Assembly: GCF_006345805.1 (NCBI RefSeq)
Contig: NC_043008.1
Location: 20,646,001 to 20,710,000, forward strand
Source of the DNA: Octopus sinensis
Taxonomy: Eukaryota
Direction of reading: 5' to 3'
DNA length: 64,000 nt
Shown here: one piece after another, positions 26,235 to 39,423 of the stretch
Position numbering within the stretch: the stretch's first letter is position 1
How the letters are laid out: each line of letters begins with the position of its first letter
Notes under the pieces: generated by a model
Seen by the model: the letters and a program-made list of their open reading frames with translations, nothing else
Database searches by the model: none
Told to the model about the DNA's origin: nothing
Translations under genes and position numbers: made by a program

Positions 26235-26925
26235 TAATTGTTTCAGTCATTTGAGTGCGGTCACACTGGAGCACTTTCTCAAAGAGTTTTACTCGAACAA
26301 ATCGACCCCAGTGTTTTTTTTAATCTTAGTACTTATTTTATCGGTCACTTTTGCCGCGATGTTATGTTATCGGGATGTAAAACAATAAACGTCGCCCTTT
26401 TCAACCCTAGCCAGGCTCAGGGGCCCGGTTTCCCGGTTTCTTTAGCGTATGCGTTCCTCCCAGCTGGACGCGACGCCGGTCCATCACAGCGTTACTCGAG
26501 AAACAGGAAGAGAGAGAGTCGCCCTCCCCTCCCCCTGCCGGAGCTTCTTGTAGGTGTTTTCGTTCACTAAACACACACAACGCCCGATCTTGGAATCGAA
26601 ACCGCGATCCAATGACCGCGAGTCTGCTGCCCTAACCACTGGGCCATTGCGCCTCTACTATGGGGATGTAAACAAGCCAATATTGGTTTTCAAGCTGTAG
26701 GAGGAACAACACAAAAACAAATACACGCACGCTCACACCCACACGCTCACACTCACACACATACACGACAAGCTTCAACGCTTCAACTTGGTTTTCGTCT
26801 ACGAAGTTCTCTCACAGGACATATGTCCGTCCAAGGCTATACTAGAAGACACTATCCGAAGATGCCGAAGGTGCAGCGGTGTGGGTCTGAAACAACGTGG
26901 TTACAAAGTCATGCCTACGCCTATT
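26235..26925 (-). mobile_element. SINE type A interrupted by a nested chimeric SINE (26386-26662)
   Basis: Insert has a type C head and a type D tail; TSD-like gggatgtaaa(a)caa at 26372-26385 and 26663-26675. Confidence 0.75.
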
Positions 26926-27122
26926 GATGTTAATTAAGCAAAATCAAAGGAATGTTGATTTCTTATTTGCCTGAAGATTATATCTGGCAGATAATTTCCG
27001 TACATTCCTATATGGAATTAGTAAACTAACTAGAAATAGTTACCAAACACGCCATAAACTATACACAACAGTGATGAAAAGTGAATGTCACATCACGTCT
27101 AATAATGCAGGACTAGATGCAT

Positions 27123-28523
27123 AGACGAGGTTAGGTTCAAAAGTTCATAGGCGGACTATGAAGGAGTGATGCTAGAAATGGGAAATTTCAGATCTTCGTA
27201 TAAATAGCAGAATTGTTTCTTTCCAGGTAAACTGACATCTGACTATTCAAAGAAGTCTTCAATAGTATCTAGTGACTTCTCATGAAAATTGACATAATTT
27301 GGCATCGAGGTGCCAAGTAACTTCAGAAAAACGGTTTAGTCTCCAAGGATTAAGGGATGACGTTCCAGCTTCATTAACAGTGCGAAAGGGAGCAGCTGAA
27401 TTTAAGAAGGGAATGTCTTGAAGATGATCCAAGTACCGAAGTAATGATCTGTGGAGCGCACGACTAGTTGATCATTTTTATGGTTCCATTGTTCGGAGAC
27501 TTGCTGATTCACATGGATCGTATTCAACACGTGGTGATGGATAACAGGTGATTGACTCTAAATCGCATAGCCAATGCTATCAGCATATCCAGTGAGAAAG
27601 TTGAGAATATTCTACACAAGGAACTTATTTCTTTATTGCCCACAAAGGGTCTAAACATAGAGGGGACAAACAAGGACAGACAAAGAGATTAAATCGATTA
27701 CATCGACCCCAGTGTGTAACTGGTACTTAATTTATCGACTCCGAAAGGATGAAAGGTAAAGTCCACCACGGCGGAATTTGAACCCAGAACGTAACGGCAG
27801 ACGAAATACCGCTAAGCATTTCGCTCGGCGTGCTAACGACGTTTCTGCCAGCTTTCCGCCTTCTACACAAGGAACTTGGCACGACAAAGGCTTGTACTCG
27901 GTGATTGGTACGTCTTCTGACACATGATCAAAATCGTACCAGGATGATCACACCACGGGAAAATCTGACATTATCCAGGACAAATTCAGTTGGTTCCCAT
28001 GAAAGTTTCCTAGTCAGAATAAATGTTGAGTTCATCACTTTGAGCCAAAGGGAAAAAGACAACCCATGCGGTGGAAACACCCCTCTTCACCGACTTCAAA
28101 GAAGGTGATGGCCTCAGTTTTTGGAAAGCAAATGTTATTGTGCTTAATGACTAATTTGGAAAGGGTCACAAAATCAATAGGGTGTACTATGCAAACTTAG
28201 TACTTTTCAATATAGTTACACCATAGATGGAGAGTATATTGCCAGTTACGGTTTCGATGCCTACTTGGCGTGAGTAAATTTAAACTGGTAGATCACCCTC
28301 GCAATTCTCTTGATTTGACCCCCATCTGAGAGTCATCTGTTTCCCTAACATAAACAAAACACTTGGCTGAGAAGCAGTATCGCAGTGACAAGCATATCAT
28401 ATCTGCTGTGGATGTGTTTTTTTAACAACAGGTTGTGGGGCTATGCTAAAGAATAAACCACAGTTGGACACTTTCCGTGGGAGTATCTTGTTCGGACTAT
28501 GATATTTTCAGATGACGCTTGTA
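27123..28523 (+). pseudogene. Mariner (DD34D-type) transposon remnant with degenerate TIRs
   Basis: AEFK...LEDDP; ENILHKELG..K...LVRLLT (WVPRLL position); HHFEPKGKRQPMRWKHPSSP; KVMASVFW; HPRNSLDLTPS (YSPDLAP position); ends resemble tacgagg.../...ctcgta. Confidence 0.85.
27627..27860 (-). mobile_element. SINE type B inserted in the mariner, with a 17-bp TSD
   Basis: ttctacacaaggaactt at 27610-27626 and 27861-27877. Confidence 0.95.
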
Positions 28524-28626
28524 TACACGCATGTGAATAATTGTGTGTGTGTGTCTGTGTGTGTGTGTGCGTGTGTTCGTGTGTGTGTGTGTGTGTGCGC
28601 GCCTATGTTTGTATGTGTGTGACCGT

Positions 28627-29006
28627 GGAGGCGCAATGGCCCAGTGGTTAGGGCAGCGGACTCGCGGTCGCAGGATCGCGGTTTCGATTCCCAGACCGGG
28701 CGTTGTGAGTGTTTATTGAGCGAAAACACCTAAAGCTCCACGAGGCTCCGGCAGGGGATGGTGGTGATCCCTGCTGTACTCTTTCACCACAACTTTCTCT
28801 CACTCTTACTTCCTGTTTCTGTTGTACCTGTATTTCAAAGGGCCGGCCTTGTCACTCTCTGTGTCACGCTGAATATCCCCGAGAACTACGTTAAGGGTGC
28901 ACGTGTCTGTGGAGTGCTCAGCCACTTACACGTTAATTTCACGAGCAGGCTGTTCCGTTGATTCGGATCAACCGGAACCCTCGTCGTCGTAACCGACGGA
29001 GTGCTT
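28627..29006 (+). mobile_element. SINE type C, full length (young)
   Basis: A box TGGCCCAGTGG, B box GGTTTCGATTCC; almost identical to the reverse copy at 54781-55167. Confidence 0.9.
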
Positions 29007-30179
29007 TCAGTTCAGTTTCATGTGTGTGACCTAATCCAATCAAATCTGCTTTCTTTTATATTGCTCAAAATTTTGATCATTTCATTATATTAGAGTTACT
29101 TCCCTTGCTTTTTCAGCTTGGATTTTAACCCCCGCCCCTTCCTCTTTATTTCTAATTTGGATTATCTGAAAACAACGAAACAGTTGAAAGACAAAACTTT
29201 CCCTTTGAGATTGTTTCAGACTGTTTTTTTCTTATCAGATACAAGTTTTCCTGCTCACAATCTCGCATAAATTATTCCCAAACGTTACTTTCATGCGTAT
29301 AGTTCACAACTCTACAACGTCTACTACTTTAGCGTAATCAATACGTGGCGAAATATTGATTTGGTAGGGAGGAATTTAGCAAACTACTTTACGTGGGAGT
29401 GAGTATAAACAGTAGAACCAATTACAGCAGTTCGCTGAACATTTTTTATGTCTACGACGTAGACAGGAAATATATAAAATATATGAAATAATTATTAGTT
29501 ACAGAAGCAGGACTTACACCAGACCTTTTATATCCAAATCAATGTTTTTGTTTTGTTAGAATGAACAAAAGTGCGGAAGAAGTATCAACGCCGAATACTG
29601 CGGTATACGCCTTGATAGGATTTCTGACAAGGACGCATGGTGCATAAAAGTACATATCTCTATATTGTCTCTATATCGGACCTGTTAGATCGGGTGATTT
29701 CGATATGCTGCTCCTCGTCGGTGATAACTGTCCGCTACCTGCATACTAGCCTCATCTTACTGTCAAGGATATATAGAATTGTACTTTTATGAACCATACG
29801 TGTGTATGAGAAGTCATTGCAAGGAGACAATCGTAGTCTTCGGTGTTCTAAAGAAACTTTCGTGTTACGTTCGATAGAAAGATTGTGTTTAGGCATTAAT
29901 ACAGTTTCTGTCGCCAGTAATTATCATAAACCTGAGTCTGTTTGCGACAAGTTACAGGAATTTTATATATCGTTGGGTGTGAGATTTACCAGGTATGCAG
30001 CCAGCAGATTCGTCATCACTGAACTGACGCAATACGTCGGAATAACATAATCTGGCTATATACATACGTATAATTGCATATATGTGTGTGTGTATATGTG
30101 TGAGTGTGTATGTGTGTGTGTGTATTTATGCATAAATGTATGTATTTATATATATATACATATATGTGTATGTATGTGG

Positions 30180-30574
30180 TATGTAGCTTGCTTACTAACC
30201 ACATGGTTCCGGGTTCAGTCAAATTGCGTGGTACCTTGGGCAAGTGTCTTCTACTATAGCCATGGGCCGACCAAAGCCTTGTGAGTGGATTTGGTAGACG
30301 GAAAATGAAAGAAGCCCGTCGTATATATGTATGTATATATATCTATGTATGTATGTGTGTATGTATATGTTTGTGTGCCTATGCCCCCCCCCAACATCGC
30401 TTGACAACCGATGCTTTTGTGTTTACGTCCCCGTCACTTAGCGGTTCGGCAAAGAGACCGAGAGAATAAGTACTAGGGGTCTTATCTGAATAAGTCCTGG
30501 TGTCGATTTGCTCGAATAAAGGTGGTGCTCCAGCTTGGCCACAGTCAAATGACTGAAACAAGTGAAAGAGTAAA
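30180..30574 (+). mobile_element. SINE type A
   Basis: Colinear with 35783-36246, missing the first ~20 bp. Confidence 0.9.
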
Positions 30575-30849
30575 TATATATAACTATACACGCATACCTA
30601 CATTACAAACAACGACGAACGTTGAATCTGTGTAAGGCGAAGTTAAACACCGATACGTAATTTTGACAGGTCTCTATGAAGAAATAGCAAGAGGCAAAGA
30701 CTGAATTTCAAGATGTAGCGAGTAAAAAAAAAAAGTATATGTTTTTGCATGGAATTGATATTTACAAAATTTCAAATATTTTGCATAAGCGATGATAATC
30801 ATTTAATTACTCTCAATGTCGATGGAATCCGAAACGGAACCCTTTATTT

Positions 30850-30992
30850 GCGTTCTGAGTTCAAGTTCCGCCGAGGTCGACTTTGTATTTCATCTTTTCG
30901 GCGTCGATAAGATAAATGCCAATTGAACACATGGGTTGATGTAATCGACTGATTCCCTCTAAAATTGCTTCCATTGGGGCAAAATTTGAAAC

Positions 30993-31047
<55 letters not shown>

Positions 31048-31104
31048 GTTATCATTATTATTGCTCTTGCTATTATTATTATCATTGTTATTATTATTAT
31101 TATT

Positions 31105-31160
<56 letters not shown>

Positions 31161-31530
31161 TATGATTATTATTATTATTATTATTATTATTTAACTTCGC
31201 TGGACAAGTAGCTTAATGGCATTTCGTCCACCTTTACGTTCTGAGTTCAAATTCAGCCGAGGTCGACTTTGCCTTTGGGTGGGGGGATAAAATAAGTACC
31301 ACACTATCACTGTGGTGGATGTACTCGACTAAAACAAAATTGCTGGCATTGTGCCAAATTTTGAAATCATCATCATCTTCATCATCATTGTTCAAATATC
31401 GCAAAGGTCGCTTTTACCTTTCATCTTTTCGGGGTCGATAAAATAAGTACCAGTTGCGTACTGTGGTCGATGTAATCACCTATCCTCCTTCCCCAAAATA
31501 GCAGGCTTTATGCCTATAGGAGGAAGTATT
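30850..31530 (+). mobile_element. Three SINE type B fragments around an (ATT)n(CAT)n microsatellite (31003-31192)
   Basis: Repeated gttctgagttcaa...gaggtcgacttt and ggggtcgataaaataagtacc motifs. Confidence 0.8.
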
Positions 31531-32654
31531 ATTATTTTTGGTATCGATATCTTGCTTCGACCCTTCGGTCATTGCTACACGTCACGTAATTTAGACATCC
31601 TAACAAAGAACAATACTTCCAATCTAAAATAAACCATAAATATTCTGAAAATTTCATGAAGTTTTTAAATACCGATTTTAATTTTTCGATCGAATTTTTT
31701 CCTTTCAATTAATATTGATTCTGTTTCGTAGCGTTGCTGTTTATTTTGTAATTTAGTGATATAATTTTCAATAGATTATTATTTTTAAGATTGATTAAAA
31801 AATGGGTTTTACAATGAGTCGAAATCTAGTTTGATTTGATTATATGGAATTCTGAAAGAAAAAAATGTATAATAAATAAATAAATAAATTTTTTTCCAAG
31901 CAGGACTTCTTTCTTTTGTTCTTTACCAAATCTTTGAATGTTTCTGAAATATTATTTCACTTTTGAGTAGAAAACGCAGCACAAATTTTCTAAAAGAAAA
32001 AAAATAATAATAACAGAAGATTAAAATGATGATTCCTCTTCCAAGTTGCTATTCTTTTGGCACATTAATAATGAGAATTTCTATATTTATAAGCAGTTAA
32101 TTAAGAAAAAAATTCGACAATAAAATTAACTCATTCATCTGCACTTAATAGTGTTAATTGAAAGAAAAATATATCTCATTTCATTTGAAACACTTCTTCC
32201 GCACGTACGATGACTCCTCAAGAAATAATAAATTTGTAGACGTTTATAACTTTTTTTTAATATTGCATTAAATATGGAAACTGAAATATCCAGTTATTTT
32301 AACAATTACTGCTAACGACAAAAACGTGATATTGACACGGTTCGTCTTGGTAATTGAGAATAAAATGATTTCAGTTATATCGAAGTAGGTTACTATTGGC
32401 CAAATATACCTGGTTGGTACCCAGATACGCTCTTTTATTCCATTTAGTGTTGAGTCGTACATAAAATAATAAATTATAGCTCTACTATTTCGTGCTTGTG
32501 GACCGGATGCATGATCAAACTAGTTCACGCTGTTATCATCCAATTTACTTGTGTTTTTTCGTAATTATGTAAAGATTGTTACATTATCTTTATATGTAGT
32601 TTTATTGTGTTGTCTGGAAAATTCGTGCCGATTTTTAAAGGAAAGAGAAAGGTC

Positions 32655-33235
32655 AATAAATACTTGGAAGATGTGACCCACTTACTAAGTGGATGTGAGA
32701 GCCTTGCACAAAAAGAATACAAGCGCGCCACGACAATGAGTGTGCATCTTCATTGGCTCAATATGAAGTAACAGAAAACTGGTATGATCTCGTACCAAGT
32801 AAAGTTATGCAGGAGGATGGAAAAATAACGATGCTCTAGGACTATGATTGTCATACGGATCCTGTAATCGAACACTGTCGGCCAGATATTGTATTATTAA
32901 GTAAGAGAGACAAATCATGTCAGATCATTAATGTAGCCATACCAAATGACGTGAATGTTGTGAGTAATGAGGTACTCCGAATTAAAAGTGGAAATGGGAA
33001 TACTGTATGGAATGCAAGAGGATAATGTAAAAGTGATACCAGTGGTATTCGGAGCGTTGGGCTCAATCCCATTAAACGATCAAGACTTCTTAAAGCAACT
33101 GGAAATTCTGTGCAAGATTGATGTCCTGCAAGAAGCAGTCTTACTGGGCACAGTGCACATCTGAAGGAAATAATTACCTGTCTGAGGTCGTTGTTGTGAC
33201 TTGACAGATTGCTAAAGACTCCGGTGCATCTTTAA
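32655..33235 (+). mobile_element. R4/Dong-like RLE LINE 3' part
   Basis: EDVTHLLSGCESLAQKEYKR...HCRPDIVLLSKRDKSCQIINVAIPND...KVIPVVFGALGSI...LQEAVLLGTVHI. Confidence 0.85.
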
Positions 33236-33243
33236 AATTGTTA

Positions 33244-33296
<53 letters not shown>

Positions 33297-33299
<3 letters not shown>

Positions 33300-34441
33300 C
33301 AGTAGTTTTATTTTTATAGCGCGCTTTCCCTTCATTACCGAGCGCAGCTCTGTGTGCCTTGGGTATGTGCTGTGGTTTGCTGTGATGCTCTTATGGTTAC
33401 ATGGAAACGAACTTTTTTTTCAAACAACGAAAAAAACCATGTGTACAAGACATACAACACAAGGAATATTTCCCTTCTTCAGTTGTCCCTGTTTCGTCTG
33501 CTCCGCTTTTCGAAGGTAAGGACAAGACGCGACTTCATTGAAACAGTCTTTCTCGCAAAGCAAATTAAATAAAATTTGGGAGTTTTTGCGGAGTGGTAAC
33601 AATGGTAACAAGAACAGGACAGTAAGAACCAAACAAGACAGTAGAAACAGTAAAAGACAGAACAAAGAGAATAACAGAATAACAACAAACAATGAGGGCA
33701 CTTAAGCCAAGACGATGGAAAAATTATTCTGAATGCTTGAGACCGCTTATGAGAGAGACAGGAAGAGCGAGCTGATCTTGGTGAAGATAGCAGTTGGAAA
33801 GATGGCTTCCCTCTGATCACGTGTCTGTGACGAGAGAGTAGATGAGGAGGAGGAGTAAGAGAGAGGGAACGGTGAAGGGGAGTGGAGAAGAATAGGGAGG
33901 GTAGGAGAGAAAACCAGACAGGACGAATAACAAGAAAGCGAGAGAGATAAACAGAAGAGAAATAGTAAGGTGAAGAGTGCGCATAATAATTATTGAGATA
34001 AAACTTACTTGGAAAATGATGCGTGGCGTTCGATCATATAATAATATAAATAATATATAAATATATGCATATATACATATATATATATATATATGTACAT
34101 ACCTAGCGTTCAGAATAATTTTTCCATCGTCTTGGCTTAAGTACCCTGATCGTTTGTTTTACCGTGTTATTCTCTTTGTTCTGTCTTTTACTGTTTCTAC
34201 TGTCTTGTTTTGTTCCTATTGTACTGTTCTTGTTACCATTTTTACGCCTCCACAAAAAATCCCAAATATTATTTAATTTGCTGTGAGGGAAGGACTGTTT
34301 CAACGAAGTCGCGCCTTGTCCTTACCTTCGAAAAGCGGAGTATTCGAAACGGGGACAACTGGAGAAGGGGAATACTCCTTGTGTTGTATGTCTTTTACAT
34401 CTGTTTTTTTTCGCTGTTTGAAAAAAAAGTTCGTTTCCATG
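33297..34441. repeat. Two diverged copies of one repeat in head-to-head orientation (arms 33400-33738 and 34105-34441)
   Basis: For example catggaaacgaac vs gttcgtttccatg, and ccgcttttcgaaggtaaggacaag vs cttgtccttaccttcgaaaagcgg; the left copy ends in gcgctataaaaataaaac plus (AAT)n on the minus strand. Confidence 0.85.
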
Positions 34442-34594
34442 TTTTTGTTTTTGTGTTTTCGTTTCTCATTGTGTTCAACGTGTTTTTTGCTTTACGTCCT
34501 GTACCCATATATGCATGTATATATATACATATAGATGTAGGTATGTACATATATGTATGTATATATGCACATATTTATATATTATTTATATTAT

Positions 34595-34673
<79 letters not shown>
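34595..34673. repeat. (GATA)n microsatellite
   Basis: Direct reading. Confidence 0.95.
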
Positions 34674-35782
34674 TGTATGTCTGTTTTGTCACAAAGCTCT
34701 GCTGCCTGGCAACTAGTATTATTTAGGTTTTGTCGCTGTAACTTAGTGTAGTCGATTTATTCGACTAAAATTCTTTCAAGGTGGTGCCCCAGCATGGCCA
34801 CACACCAATGACTGAAACGGGTAAAAGAAAATAAAGGCGAAAGATACCCTATAAGTTGTCCTCTCCAAGCTGTCAAATTGATCATATATTTACATTTTTT
34901 CTTTATTTTTAACTGATTCATATCTCAATGTTGGTGGTATTAATGGAAGAAGAAAAAATATTTATTGTCATTGAAACACATTAAAAAGAGCCATAATGAG
35001 CATCCTGTCCTTCGACCCGTGAACTATTATTGAATATGCAGTCAAAAGAATATCGATCACATGTTTTAAAAAGTTAATTTCTTTAACTACTTTAAATACT
35101 TTTTTCCCACAGCAATGAGCCATTATTCTTTGTTATATAATTTTAAAGTTTGCACAATTCGTGAATGGAATCCAACAATTCCTTTCACTTGAACCAATCC
35201 GTTTTATAACTTACTATGCAGGAGAAAACAACGAGAGGGTTTCTATTTGGTCACCTGAGATGCTAGAAACAACAGGTGACTATTCCTCAAATTTCACTCT
35301 TTTGCTTATTTTGTAAATCGTCATACTGGATGTGAGTATTAGTCAAGGTAATCTGTCGCGAAAAGTCGGGTCTATCATGGATGGAATGCCTTTTACTATA
35401 AATATCATTAATCAAGATTGATGGTTAACAACAAAAATAGAAATACGTTTGAACATATAACAGAGAACAACTTAGAATGACAGAGAAGCAATGAGCAACT
35501 AGAGAGCCCATCGCAAGATTAGGCGACGGAGATGCTATTTCATATCACGTGTTCCCAGAATTCTTTCGAAAGGCATTATAGGGGCCATGTCCCATTTGCG
35601 TTTTATCTAAACTCTATTTCCAGTCGGCAGAATGCAGCTTTGGCAGAAAGGACCGATTTCAAGAGAAATGGTTGCCTGTAAGCATAATGAATGAGAAAAT
35701 AGTTATTTTATACCTACATAAATCCATTCTTGGTGTAAATTCTGAAAAATGAACACTGCAAGGAGTTGGAACAACATTTTCT

Positions 35783-36246
35783 AGGCACAGGAGTAGCTGT
35801 GTGGTAATTAGGCGCAGTAGTGGTTGTATGGTAATTAGGCGCAGTAGTGGTTGTGTGGTAAGTAGCTTGCTTACCAACCACATGGTTCCGGGTTCAGTCC
35901 CACTGCGTGGCACCTTGGGCAAGTGTCTTCTACTATAGCCTCGGGCCGACCAAAGCCTTATGAGTGAATTTGGTAGACGGAAACTAAAAGAAGCCCGTCG
36001 TATATATGTATATGTATATATATATGTGTGTGTGTGTTTGTGCGTCCGTGTTTGTGTCCCCCCCCCCAGCATCGCTTGACAACCGATGCTGGTGTGTTTA
36101 CGTCCCCGTAACTTAGCAGTTCGGCAAAAGTGACCGATAGAATAAGTGCTCGGCTTACAAAGAATAACTCCTAAGTTCGATTTCCTCGACTAAAGACTGT
36201 GCCCCAGCATGGCCGCAGTCAAATGACTGAATCAAGTAAGAGAGTA
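35783..36246 (+). mobile_element. SINE type A, full length, with triplicated 27-bp head
   Basis: Head units at 35783, 35810 and 35837, followed by the standard body. Confidence 0.9.
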
Positions 36247-37857
36247 TATGAAATATTTTGAGGCCTTCAGTCAGCTGTTATTTGTCACATATATTGAATT
36301 GAACAGATATTGCTGTTTTCGTTTTAACATATTTTCACTATTTCCTTCTTGTGTATATTTTACTCATCAGAGCCTTTTAAGTCCGGCTCTGTTCACCAAG
36401 AGAAAAGCTGGTTTCCGTCTCCAGCAGAAAACTTTGCAGTTCTCTGAGCTACTTTTTGTTGCCTGAGTGATGGAGCTGGAACAACTTTTTCTGTTTAAAA
36501 ACTCTCTGCAACAGAAGTGAATAGAACAATATAAACGACAACTTTGACTTTCGGTAATGAAATATTACTGTATAACTTTCTCATATTCGGTGAATCGAAA
36601 ACTCTGCTCTGCAGTTTAAATTTATTGAAATTTAATTTTATGTCATACTTTTGATACCACTAATATTATTGATACCATCTATGAATGTTATATCAATCCC
36701 ACTAAAATAATTACTATTGAAAGGCATGCTTCTCATACTATGAGAATCGTTACTTCAAAGTATTACGTTACCATCCATATCACCTCTCCTGTATTTCATC
36801 AATAAAATTCAAATTGTAAAGGGATGTAACTCTTCAAACTCAACGAAGCTCATTAAAAAGTAATGAAAATATCTAATTACAGAAATTTCCGTGTACAGAA
36901 ACATCTATTAAGGAATAATTAGCCTTAATTACCGTTGCCTAAGTAATCTTATTTCCAACAATTAGGCTAATTAAGACCAGAGTAATATATCGAGTATCAG
37001 AAACTAATTGAAACATGTTTTGCGAGTTGGAAATCAAGATTTACAAACGAGAATAAAGCTAAAATTTTGGTTGGCCTAAAGTGATATAAATGAGAAACAG
37101 ATACACGAAATATTTTGAACACACTCGCCCTTATTCAATCAAATGCCATGCCAACGACATTTTAAATTTGAAACTGTTGAACTTCATAGATATTTCTTAG
37201 AAAAACAAAGTTCTTTCATAAATTTAAGATCAATGAAAAGGCTCAACAAAATATGCGTGCATAAAAAAAATTGAAGCGAACTGTAAAATGGTGACTCATC
37301 AACCATTTGCTGGATAAACACGCGCACACACAAACACACACGCAAATATACACACACACACGCACACAAATATAAATGAATGTATGCGTATTCCTATATG
37401 TATGTTTACATAGCGATAATGGTTTTGATTCCCAGATCAGCAGTGCGTGATCGTTGTGTACTTGAGCAAATATTCATTTCATCTGCGAGGGACTGGCCTT
37501 CTATTCAAAGAGAATGTTAACCTGCTTGCCTAGCCAACAGAGTGACATCATTTGAAAGCTAGAACATCATTTGAAAGTAAGTGCATTTTGATCAGCGGTG
37601 TATAACATCATCTAATACTTTGATCGATATAGTGGTACAGTGATATATGTGTGATTGTGTGCGTGCGTGTGTACATATGGATTAAATATTACAATAGAGT
37701 CCCCACTGATTGTCTTTAGCGAGGAGTTTATTATGTAGCGTTGAGGCAACATTTTTGGCGCTATGTAATCTTTATTTTACTGGGGATCCTTGTCGGATTT
37801 GTTATGTCGTGAATAACCTTGTTACTTCTACTCTAAAATAACAATACCATAGCATCA

Positions 37858-38089
37858 GGCGGCGAGTTGGCAGAAACGTTAGCAGGTCGGACGAAATGCT
37901 TAGCGATATTTCGTCTCTATTTACGTTCTGAGTTCAAATTCCGCCGAGGTCGACTTTGCCGTTCATCCTTTCGGGGTCGATAAATTAAGTACCAATTACG
38001 CACTGGAGTCGATGTAATCGACTTAATCCCTTTGTCTGTCCTTGTGTATCCCTTCTATGTTTAGCCCCACTGTGGGCAATAAAGAAATA
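37858..38089 (+). mobile_element. SINE type B, full length
   Basis: ggcggcgagttggcagaaacg...gggcaataaagaaata. Confidence 0.9.
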
Positions 38090-38249
38090 TAGAAATAAAT
38101 ACCAGAGCATGAGAGTCAAGGCTAAATTACATCATACTAAATTACATACCTACCGGTATTAGAGTGAGGGCTACATTACATCCAACTGTTTTCTGTAGGG
38201 AGAGTGACATGTGGATATGCAAGTGTGGAAAGCAAAGAATACTGAAACC

Positions 38250-38896
38250 TAGAGACTCAATAGTAATAATGATTGGAACGTGCTATATGGGAAAAACGAA
38301 GCGATATGATATTATGGCATAGTTTAAAAGGAAATTCGTTGAAAAGGCGCCCCGGAAAAACAACACAGATAGAAAAAGCTCAAAATAGGAAGGACATATG
38401 AGATTGTGAGACGGGTTTATGGTTGTGTGCGGTACTTTCAGTAGTTGTGGTATGTTCAGGGCTAATTACCCCATATATTCCACTACGCTGACGGTAGATT
38501 TGAGAACAGTAGTACTGCAAATTGCGAACTATATAGGGGAGCAATAAATCCTCCTTCGTCGAGTAAATGGCCAAAGGTGAAACCGAAAAATAGATATTCG
38601 GTGACCATTCAAAAAAAATGTTTTCGCAGGCGTTGGGTTGGTTACACTTAAAGTTAGTCTGGTGTGGTGGCTGCATGGATAATGAAGAAAAAAATATATG
38701 TAGTGTTGGGGAAAATTTTTCTATCACCGTTGAAATTTGGCTTACACAAAGAAATGGAATTGTTAAAGATTATAGAAATCCTTTTGAGGTAGAGGTGACC
38801 GGTGATGAAGGGATCACAAGACGGATTCTTCAAGCCGAGACAACAGGCGGAACACCGATGGATAGGCAAAACACAAGACGATGGCATAATTCCTAG
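38250..38896 (+). mobile_element. Probable RTE-clade LINE 3' remnant, highly degraded
   Basis: ORF 38618-38896 ends DEGITRRILQAETTGGTPMDRQNTRRWHN, resembling the RTE C-terminal D.R..KRIL...G.R..GR...RW motif. Confidence 0.45.
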
Positions 38897-38976
38897 AGTC
38901 TCATTTGGTCATTGTGGGATATCCAACCGGAAACATTTAGTGGCACTCTCTCCTCATATATATATATATATATATA

Positions 38977-39278
38977 TCACCGTGACCGACCAGGACATCA
39001 GATGTTGTTACATATCGCTGGTCACAATGCGCTTCGCATTTTTTAGCCTTCAAATGACGCCACCCTGCTGGCTAAGTGAGCAGGCCAACAGAAGAAAGAG
39101 TGAGAGAAAGTTGTGGCGAAAGAGTACAGCAACGATCGCCACCACCCCCTGTCGGAGTGTCGTGGAGCTTTAGGTGTTTTCGTTCAATAAACACTCACAA
39201 CGCCCGGTCTGGGAATCGAAACCGTGATCCTACGACCGCGAGTCCGCTGCCCTAACCACTAGGCCATTGCGCCTCCAC
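38977..39278 (-). mobile_element. SINE: type C head with alternative tail 2
   Basis: Reverse of the arrangement seen at 41639-41942. Confidence 0.85.
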
Positions 39279-39423
39279 ATATATATATATACATAAGAAT
39301 TTTTTGCGTAATGAGATAAAAAACCAAGGCTGTATAGATATTAGAGCATATATATGTATGTATGTATGTATTTTATATATTATTATTATTATTATATATA
39401 TATATGTATGTATGTATGTATAT

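Noticed and set aside
28709-28961. ORFs MFIERKHL... and MVVIPAV... repeated at 54830-55082
   Set aside because: They are identical because both lie in SINE type C copies; not genes.
34318-34360. CGAAAC motif in the 33400/34105 inverted pair as a hammerhead
   Set aside because: No CUGANGA and no NUH site in either copy.
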